Below, piece by piece: positions 52,405 to 64,000 of a DNA stretch of 64,000 bases. The notes beneath the pieces were generated by a model. The model had not been told where the DNA came from, ran no database searches, and saw only the letters and a program-made list of their open reading frames with translations. A program made the translations under genes and the position numbers. The stretch's first letter is position 1. Each line of letters opens with the position of its first letter. The DNA is from Octopus vulgaris (lineage: Eukaryota): positions 77,128,001 through 77,192,000 of the forward strand of contig OX597818.1 of NCBI GenBank assembly GCA_951406725.2. Direction: 5' to 3'.

Positions 52405-52689
52405 TATGTATATATATGTGTGTGTGAGTGTATATATATATATACACACACACACACATCTATGTATATACATATATATGTATATGGAGCAAATAATTCA
52501 TGAGAAAAATCATTTGCGAAGGTTTCATTGACTCTATTATTATCTAGTGTAATCTAGATAATAATCTAGTGTAACAATCTAAAAATGATAATAACAGAAT
52601 CAATAATATAGGCAACTGCAGGCCCCAAAACAGTGCATTAAATTGTTGAACGATTAAAATTATTTGAAAGGCATACTAAGTATTTCTAC

Positions 52690-53350
52690 CTGCCGTCTAC
52701 AAGGGACCAGAAAACTATGCTGCTCCTATGGAGGACATTTGTCCTTAGTCGTCTGGATGACTGCTCTCAACTGTGGTCTCCTTACAGTGTAAGATTAACA
52801 GCAGAACATGAGGTGCTTCATCAATGCTACACGAGAAAGATTGGGTCAATGGAACAGCTGATCTACTGGGAAAGACTGAGAGAGCTACAACTCTACTCCC
52901 TGAAGTGCAGATGGGAGAAGTATACAGTGATATATGTGTGGAAGACACTGGAGAGGCTGGCACCAAACTTTGGAACTGAGAATTCTACCAGACCTCAAAC
53001 TGGACGTCACTACACTGTTCCAAAAGTCCCAGCTGTCTTATCTAAGGTGAGAACCATATACCACAATAGCTTGGGATTCACCTGCAGCTATTCGACACCT
53101 TGCCAAAGTATCTGAGGGATCTCCATGGGGTGGGGGTAGATGTTTTCAAGAAACAACTTGACCTCTTGCTATCCAAGATCCCAGATGAATGAATATCAAA
53201 GCACGAAACTCAAAACAGGGCAGTAGTATCAAACTCCCTCCTGCACCAGAAGATAATCACATAGAATTAGCCAATTAAAAGCTGATTACACTGTTGGTGC
53301 CCCAGCATGGTCAAGGCATCAGGGCTGAAAAATATAAAAGAACAAAAGAA
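52690..53350 (+). mobile_element. CR1-like LINE 3' fragment (second piece at 56808-56865 plus 57291-57480 on the minus strand)
   Basis: FVLSRLDDCSQLWSPY...YWERLRELQLYSL; tail ggtgccccagcatgg...ctgaaa. Confidence 0.75.
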
Positions 53351-53809
53351 TACATACATAAACCCGTGCTAGCGCGGAAAGCGGACGTTAAACGATGATG
53401 ATAATGATACATACATATACATACATATATACATATATTCATGCATACATACATACATACATATACATATCTGCTCCTGAATATATATGCATTATATATA
53501 TATATACACGTGATCGACCAGACCATCAGATGTTGTTACACATCGCTGGTCACAATGTGTTCGCATTGTTTTAGCCTTCGAATGACGCCACCCCGCTGGC
53601 TAAGTGAGCAGGCCAACAGAAGAAAGAGTGGTGAAAGAGTACAGCAGGAATCACCACCCCCTGCCGGAGCCTCGTGGAGCTTTTTAGGTGTTTTCGCTCA
53701 ATAAACACTCACAACGCCCGGTCTGGGAATCGAAACCACGATTCTACGACTGCGAGTCTGCTGCCCTAACCACTAGGCCATTGCACCTCCACACACACAT
53801 ATATATATC

Positions 53810-56044
53810 ATCATCATCATCATCATCATCGTTTAACGTCCGTTCTCCATGCTAGCATGGGTTGGACGGTTCGACCGGGGATCTGGGAAGCCAGAAGGCT
53901 GCACCAGGCTCCAGTCTAATCTGGCAATGTTTCTACAGCTGGATGCCCTTCCTAACGCCAACCACTCCGTGAGTGTAGTGGGTGCTTTTTACGTGCCACC
54001 TGCACAGGTGCCAGGCGAGGCTGGCAACGGCCACGGTCGGATTGGTGTATTTTATGTGCCACCGGCACGGAAGCCAGTCGAGGCGGTGCTGGCATCGGCC
54101 ACGAGTCGGATAGTGCTTTTTACGTACCACCAGACCAGGGATCCTGGCTGGTTCAATTCGATTTCGATTTCGATTTTGCTTGCCCCAACATGTCTTCACA
54201 AGCAAAGGGGGTTGGCATGGGTGCCTGTCGTATGGTCGGATTGGAGTATTTTACGTGCCACCGGCACGGAAGCCAGTGGAAGCGGCGCTGGCATCGGCCA
54301 CGAGTCGGATAGTGCTTTTTACGTACCACCAGACCAGGGATCCTGGCTGGTTCAATTCGGTTTCGATTTCGATTTCGCTTGCCCCAACATGTCTTCGCAA
54401 GCAGAGGGGGTTGGCATTGGTGCCTGTCGTCGGATGAGGTTCTATATCGACTTTGCTTGCCTCAACAGGTCTTTGTGTCCAAGGGAGGAAAGGCATTCAT
54501 AAGTGGGCTGGGCTCACTTGTCCTGCCTGGTCTTCTCATGTACAGAATATTTCCAAAGGTTTCGGTCGCTGGTCATTTCCTCAGTGAGGCCTAAATTTCG
54601 AAGGTCGTGCTTCACCACCTCGTCCCAGGTTTTCCTGGGTCTACCTCTTCCACGGGTTCCCTCAACTGCTAGGGATTGGCACTTTCTCACACACCTATCT
54701 TCATCCATTCTCGCCACATGACCATACCAGCGCAATTGTCTCTCTTGCACACCACAACTGATGCTTCTTAGGTACAACATTTCTCTCAAGGTGCTAACGC
54801 TCTGTCGAGTATGTACACTGACATTACACATCCATCGGAGCATATTAGCTTCATTCCTCACGAGCTTACGCATGTCCTCAGCAGTCACAGCCCATGTTTA
54901 GCTGCCATGTAGCATGGCTGTTCGTACACACGCATCATACAGTCTGCCTTTTACTCTGAGCGAGAGGCCTTTAGTCACCAGCAGAGGTAAGAGATCCCTA
55001 AACTTTGCCCAGGCTATTCTTATTCTAGCAGTTACACTTTCAGCGCACCCACCCCCACTACTGACTTGGTCACCTAGATAACGGAAGCTATCAACTACTT
55101 CTAGTTTTTCCCCCTGGAAAGTGACGGAAGTTGTTTTCTGCAGATTTTCGGAGGTTAATGCTCCCGAGCATCTGCCACATACAAAAACTATCTTCCCAGT
55201 TAGCCTACCTTTGACATTGCTGCACCTCTTATGTGTCCATAGCTTACACTGGGTACATCTTATAGACTATCTACCTACACCTTTTCTACAGATCGAGCAG
55301 GGCCATCTTCCTGAAGACATTTGTGGATTGTCTACCTTCCTACTTATTAGTACTTTGGTTTTAGCTAGGTTGACTCTAAGGCCCCTCGATTCTAAACCCT
55401 CCTTCCACACCTGGAACTTCTCCTCCAGTTCTGATAGTGACTCAGCAATAAGAGCAAGGTCGTCAGCGTAGAGGAGCTCCCAGGGACAACCTGTCTTGAA
55501 TTCCTCCGTAATTGCCTGGAGTACTATGATAAATAGGAGGGGGCTGAGTACTGAACCTTGGTGGACCCCAACCTCTACTTTGAATTCTTCTGTGTACATG
55601 TTGCCAACCCTAACCTTACTTACGGCATCTCTGTACATGGCTTGCACAGTCCTCACCAGCCATTCATCTATCCCTAGTTTCCTCATTGACTACCAGATAA
55701 GGGATCGGGGGACCCTATCAAAGGCTTTCTCCATGTCAACGAAAGCCAGGTACAGGGGCTTATCTTTGGCTAGGTATTTCTCCTGCAGCTGCCTTACCAG
55801 GAATATAGCATCAGTGGTACTTTTCCCTGGCACGAACCCAAACTGCATCTCATCTAAACTAACTCTCTCTCTAATTAGTTGGGCTATGACCCTCTCCGTA
55901 ACCTTCATTACTTGATCCAACAGCTTGATACCTCTGTAATTATTTGTATCTAGGGCATCACCTTTACCTTTGTAGCAGTTGACTAGTATGCTGCTGCACC
56001 AGTCATTGGGTATGACTCCTTCGTGTATCACCTGGTTGACTATA

Positions 56045-56045
<1 letters not shown>
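53810..56045 (-). mobile_element. Young 5'-truncated RTE (BovB-like) LINE
   Basis: NYRGIKLL, QFGFVPGKSTTDAIF, DMEKAFDRVPR, GVHQGSVLSPLLF, LYADD, Cys-rich insert, RLRWYGHV, RGRPRKTW and a (GAT)n tail. About 198-bp tandem duplication in the 3' UTR (54036-54430). Confidence 0.93.
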
Positions 56046-56084
<39 letters not shown>

Positions 56085-56093
56085 ACTATACGG

Positions 56094-56131
<38 letters not shown>

Positions 56132-56477
56132 TACACAACAAACTAGAAAAAATTGTCTTACCTCCAGGGAGAACATCTGAAAGATGAAATACCTGGAAAA
56201 GGATAATGTGGGACCTGCAGGTTTCAGATTTTACAAGATATGTCTGCCACCCATAATCTTGTTCCAGTAAATATCGGTACTTTGTTGTGCCATATATTTA
56301 CTACTTTGTGTATTTTTCCCTCGCGGGCTATTCTTTACTGGAAAGCAATACTCTAGTATTGCATTACTAATTTATTGAAGCTTCTTCACCGTTTTCGTGC
56401 TGTTGGCGTTTCAGCATTTCAGTCGAGTGTAATGACTTTAATGTGGTAACATCTGAGATTTTGTCATGGTATATGCT

Positions 56478-56548
56478 TGGCTGATGAAGATAGAACAAGA
56501 TTATGGGTGGCAGACATATCTTGTAAAATCTGAAACCTGCAGGTCCCA
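56478..56548 (+). ncRNA. Intact type-I hammerhead ribozyme motif
   Basis: tgg-CTGATGA-agat..acaagat...atcttgt..atct-GAAA-cctgcagg-TC-cca. GUC site; 10-nt palindrome acctgcaggt. Confidence 0.82.
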
Positions 56549-56737
56549 CATTATCCTTTTCCAGGTATTTCATCTTTCAGATGTTCTCCCTGGAGGTAAG
56601 ACAATTTTTCTAGTTTGTTGCACACACGCATTTTTGCTAATACATACGCGGTGAAGCTATACATTAGCGTCGTATTATTACGTTCGCTATTTCCAGTAAA
56701 TATCGGTACTTCGTTGCGCCATATATTTACTACATAT

Positions 56738-56799
<62 letters not shown>

Positions 56800-57479
56800 T
56801 TATTTTATCTAGTTTCAGCTCACGAACTGTGGCCATGCTGGGGCACCGCCATTTGGTGTTGCTACTCTCTCTCTCTCTCTCTCTCTTTTACTCTTTTACT
56901 TGTTTCAGTCTTTTGACTGCGGCCATGCTGGAGCACCGCCTTTAGTCGAGCAACTCGACCCCGGGACTTATTCTTGTTGTAAACCCAGTACTTATTCTAT
57001 CGGTCTCTTTTGCCGAACCGCTAAGTGACGGGGACGTAAACACACCAGCATCAGTTGTCAAGCAATGCTACAGGAACAAACACAGACACACAAACACACA
57101 CACATACATATATATATATATACATATATACGACAGGCTTCTTTCAGTTTCCGTCTACCAAATGCACTCACAAGGCATTGGTCGGCCCGGGGCTATAGCA
57201 GAAGACACTTGCCGAAGATGCCACGCAGTGGGACTGAACCCGGAACCATGTGGCTGGTTAGCAAGCTACTTACCACACAGCCACTCCTGCTACGTGATTT
57301 TACTTCACGAATGCTTTTTAGCAACTGCCATTTGGTGCATGAGAGAGTTCGATGCAGCTGCCCTCATCTGCACCTCCTGCCGTGAAGTTGGTTCATCCGG
57401 GACACCTGACAGGAAGAGATCCAGTCCTACTTTAAAGACATCCGCATCCACCCCATGCAGGTCCCTCAGGTTCTTCGGG

Positions 57480-57582
<103 letters not shown>

Positions 57583-57617
57583 ATATGTATGTATGTTATA
57601 CATATGTATTTATGTAT

Positions 57618-57668
<51 letters not shown>

Positions 57669-57845
57669 TATATATGTATATACATATAGAAAACCTACTA
57701 TAACAGTGACTCCTTTATTTCCTAACAATATCTCAAGAAGGAATTTTTATATTCCAAAATATTATACTAGGCTATAAATAATTAAATTATTTATAACAGT
57801 TATTATAGTCCACTCTGCATTGTTGTGTCATTCCAGACATGTTAC

Positions 57846-57879
<34 letters not shown>

Positions 57880-57922
57880 TCTTTTCAGGTAAGTTCTAGT
57901 GTTTACTTAATTGTCAGGTAAG

Positions 57923-57954
<32 letters not shown>

Positions 57955-58677
57955 CTTCTTTCTAGCTCTTTTTCTTAGTTAGAGATAATATTCCTGAGAC
58001 CTCATGGTGTGGATTAAGATCATCTACCTACTTTACTATATCCTTTGTAATTCTCTCCTCCACATCATTTTTATCATCATCATCATTTTTATCATCATCC
58101 TCGTTACCCTGACCCCTTATTGTCACTACCATAACATCAAGATCATCATCATCACAATCATCTCCTTGATTGTAACTACTGTCACCGCTAGCATCCTAAT
58201 TCTTATTAATATCATTATCATTGTGACCATCACCAACATACCAGTACTACCATCATAATTATCACAGCTACCACCACCACTATCATCATCATCATTTTCA
58301 CCACCACAACCACATCAGCATTCAACTGCAGTACTAGAGAACCACACTTTTCCTCCATCTATAACAACTTTCATAATTTATTACGGTCCCATAATCAGAT
58401 AATTAACCTTAAAAAAAGGCTTCATGTGGCCTGCAGACTTTTATCTTGTGACTCACTTGATACTTTCTTGAAATGGGTTTATTTAAACAAACATTTTTAA
58501 AATTTTATCAAAAATTAAAGATTGTAATGAAAAGTAAAGAAGAAAGATACCACTGTTTTTGCAATGATATTTCATGTTGACACAACAATCATTCATTCAT
58601 TATTGTAATAATACCATGAGAAAACAAAAATGCTTTCACTTCTGTCAATACACAAGTGGCTCTCAAAAAACTTTCCG

Positions 58678-58969
58678 TTTTTTTCAATGGCGGCCCATTT
58701 TCGCGGGGTTCCACTATTCCCTTCTCTCTCTCCCTCTTTTACGTTGTCTGCCATCCCCCTCTTCCTTTCCCCCCTTCCATTGCTAAGAGCATTTTTAAGC
58801 CAGCCCGTCAAGTTCAACCTTCGCATATTCCCGTGTCAGGCCGAAGAACGAAATGTTCCCAAGATAAGAGTCTTTCTAATCTAATGTTGTGGTTGAGCTG
58901 TTTATTATTTATTATTATTACTATTATTAGTATTAGTATTGTCCCTTTGATCCTCGGTCGAAAGTTTGC

Positions 58970-59000
<31 letters not shown>

Positions 59001-59201
59001 TTTCAGCTTCGCCTCGTATTGCATATTATTTCTCCATACAGGGTTTTTTTTCAATGGCGGCCCATTTTCGCGGGGTTCCACTATTCCCTTCTCTCTCTCC
59101 CTCTTTTACGTTGTCTGCCATCCCCCCTCTTCCTTTCCCCCCTTCCATTGCTAAGAGCATTTTTAAGCCAGCCCGTCAAGTTCAACCTTCGAATATTCCC
59201 G
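58678..59201 (+). repeat. About 155-bp direct repeat (58678-58833 / 59046-59201)
   Basis: Near-identical ttttcaatggcggcccattttcgcgggg...atattcccg. Confidence 0.9.
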
Positions 59202-60309
59202 GTGCACCTGCCCTTGCCCACCCCCACCACCAATACCGGATATCTCTATATTTTTGCTCCATCTATACCGGATGTCACTTCTCCCACCACCATTATAGGT
59301 GTCTACTCTTCGAACCCCCCTCTTCAATACGCTATTTCACCATGCATTACCCCTCTCTTGATATCCTACGTTCTACTTGCCTAGAACCTGTCATCATTTC
59401 TCTGAACCACCCCTCCCCACTGGTGCTCCCCTATATTTCTGCACCCCCCCCACATAAAAAGCACCATCCGAACGTGGCCGATGCCCGACCCCTCTGGCAC
59501 CTGTGCAGGTGGCACGTAAAAAACACCCACTACACTCGCGGAGTGGTTGGCGTTAGGAAGGGCATCCAGTTGTAGAAACACTGCCAGACTAGACTGGAGC
59601 CTGGGGCAGTCCCTAGCTCCCCAGACCCCGGTCGAAACCGTCCAACCCGTGCTAGCGCGGAAAACGGACGTTAAACGATGATGATGATGATGATGATGAT
59701 GATATCTGTACGAGTGAAACGTCCTGAATCATATCTGCTGAATAAAAAGCAATCAGTGTTTTATTTTCATTAAAACATAATTAAGCAAGCCTTTATTTCA
59801 ATAAAATTTTTGGTTTTGTTAAACGAAGTTAAGGCAAAAAAAAAACCTTCTTGAGAAACCAAATAGTCTTTCCTTCCTTCATGCCAAGTTTGAAGAAAAT
59901 ATCTCTTTTGCATCTTACATTTTTGGTCTCTTAAATATACTGCATTTTATGGCATTATTTCAAGCCAGCCGGCTTTTTTTGCGCAAACTGCATGTGCATT
60001 TTTCTCGCGTATGTGTAGTATCAATCGCTACAGCTGATGTACTTGCACATACAAATGCACGTTCCCACGACTTCACCTATCACATTCTCACTAGAATAAA
60101 TTTTTGTAATTTTTCAAAACTTATACACACCCTGATACCGTCGGTATCTACATATCAAATTTGAGCACAATCAGATGGAGGATGCCCGAGATCCTAGAAG
60201 ACACACACACAGACAGACAGAATGGATTTTATATAATAGATATAAAACATATGCACACACATATATAATATACACATTGGAAGTAATTTTTTATTTGTTA
60301 TGTAATATT

Positions 60310-60542
60310 TATTTCTTTATTGCCCACAAGGGGCTAAACATAGAGAGGACAAACAAGGACAGACAAAGGGATTAAGTCGATTACATCGACCCCAGTGTGA
60401 AACTGGTACTTTTATTTATCGACCCCGAAAGGATGAAAGGCAAAGTTGACCTCGGCGGAATTTGAACTCAGAACGTAATGACAGATGAAATACCGCTAAG
60501 CATTCCGCCCGGTGCGCTAACGTGTCTGCCAGCTCGTCACCT
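60310..60542 (-). mobile_element. tRNA-derived MetaSINE-like SINE, near-intact
   Basis: Reverse complement of the 3301-3512 family. Confidence 0.75.
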
Positions 60543-61168
60543 ATTGCATCTAAGTAAATATTCTTAATAATAATAGAAACTTTGGTAAATTCTATAAATG
60601 AGTGAAATATTAAATCTATACATAAATTGAATTAATTATATAAGTTGAACTAATTTGTGTGTATATATTTGAACCATTTTCTATTTTTAATTCTTGTAGT
60701 TATAGTTTGTAGTAGTATTATGTATATAAGTTAGCATGAAGTTTCTTCGTAAATATTACATAATTTGAATAAGATTAAACTTAGATGTTTATTAAATATA
60801 TTGTTTTAAATATTTTGTTTTAATTACTTGTATTTTAATTTTCCAGTAATGATATACTATAGTTTGTTATTTTTTACTTCTATAAGCTAAAATATATTTT
60901 TATAGATTATTTCTATCTATTTATTCTAGTTTTATTTACACCACGTTTTTAATGATATAAATTTATTATAAACAGTAAGTCCTACTTATTAAGTTTAAAG
61001 ATTTAGTTAACAGAATATATTCAATAAGATATTTCATGCTTTTATTTTAAGATATATTGTTGAATTTTGTTTTTTTTTTATTATAAAATTATGTATTTTT
61101 ATATATATTCATATTTTCTTATAAGATAATATACGTACATTTATTTAATTCTCTTATTGTTTTTATCT

Positions 61169-61253
61169 TAGATCTGATGAGTGACTATATTTAAATTGGA
61201 TTGAATTTATTGTCATCAATTTGAAAATATAGCCACAAAACACGTGTAGTCTA
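61169..61253 (+). ncRNA. Type-I hammerhead motif with a G12-to-A lesion
   Basis: tagat-CTGATGA-gtgactatatt...aatatagccac-AAAA-cacgtg-TA-gtcta. Confidence 0.65.
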
Positions 61254-61454
61254 TTTACTAATCATACACTATTTATTTATTATTTCATACTTTATCTAGT
61301 TCTAGGAAAATGTTTTATTGTATCTTTAATTTTTCTATATGGTATGATTTAAGTATATCATTGTTGAATTGCTACATGGTGGTTCTTCTCAAATTTATGC
61401 ACACACACACACACATATATACAGATACATATATATACATACATATATACATAC

Positions 61455-61496
<42 letters not shown>

Positions 61497-61968
61497 ACAC
61501 ATACATACATATATATATGTATGTATATATATATATATATATACGCACACACATATATATATACATATACACACATATATATACACATACATATATATAC
61601 ATGCGTACACACATATATATATATATACACATACATTTATATTTATATATATATATATACATACATATATATATATACATATATATATATATAAACATGC
61701 ATATATATACATATATACATAAATACATATATATATATACATGCATATATATACATATATACATAATTACATATATATATATACATAAATACATATATAT
61801 ATATATATATACATGCATATATATACATATATACATAAATACATATATATATATACATAAATACATATATATATATATACATACATAAATACATATATAT
61901 ATATATATATACATAAATACATATATATATATACATAAATACATATATATATATACATACATATATAT

Positions 61969-62015
<47 letters not shown>

Positions 62016-62036
62016 AATACATATATATATATATAT

Positions 62037-62113
<77 letters not shown>

Positions 62114-62362
62114 CATACATATATATATACATACATACATACATACATATATATATATATACATACATATATATAAATATATATACATACATATATATAT
62201 ATATACATACATACATACATATATATACATACATACATATATATACATACATACATATATATATATACATACATATATATATATACATACATATATATAT
62301 ATACATACATACATATATATATATACATACATACATATATATATATATACATACATATATAT

Positions 62363-62427
<65 letters not shown>

Positions 62428-62455
62428 CATACATACACACATATATATATATATA

Positions 62456-64000
<1,545 letters not shown>

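Noticed and set aside
53849-54502. 217-aa and 242-aa ORFs (53849+, 58656+) as host genes
   Set aside because: The first is the antisense of an RTE 3' UTR duplication and the second reads through a direct repeat; neither has recognisable domains.
58836-58875. CCGAAGA-acgaaatgttcc between the direct repeats as a possible hammerhead
   Set aside because: The core is mutated, and no GAAA-stem III-UH with stem I closure could be built.

Overview
AT-rich, repeat-dense eukaryotic DNA. The (TA)n/(CA)n tracts, tRNA-derived SINE types, RTE LINEs with (GAT)n tails and a C2H2 zinc-finger gene suggest an octopus/coleoid cephalopod genome (inference). The only supportable host gene is a minus-strand, two-coding-exon, four-finger C2H2 protein (11137..10828 joined to 2513..2329, 164 aa). 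The rest is transposon debris: RTE LINEs (two families), a Tx1/L1-like LINE, CR1-like LINE ends, a 5'-truncated HERO-like RLE retrotransposon with a TSD, a Penelope-like (Naiad-type) GIY-YIG remnant, one Tc1 and two mariner copies, non-autonomous Helitrons, piggyBac-like MITEs and several SINE families. The strongest unexplained signal, found by eye, is about 14 loci of minimal type-I hammerhead-ribozyme (HHR) motifs: stem I-CTGAnGA-stem II-GAAA-palindromic stem III-TH-stem I. Most lie inside inverted repeats. They include near-perfect palindromes with back-to-back HHRs on both strands (33964-34290, 43050-43204) and a 1.2-kb nested palindrome in the zinc-finger intron. The HERO 3' UTR also carries HHR core motifs, but in a reversed, non-permutable order. 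All folds were assigned by manual base-pairing and none was computed or tested.
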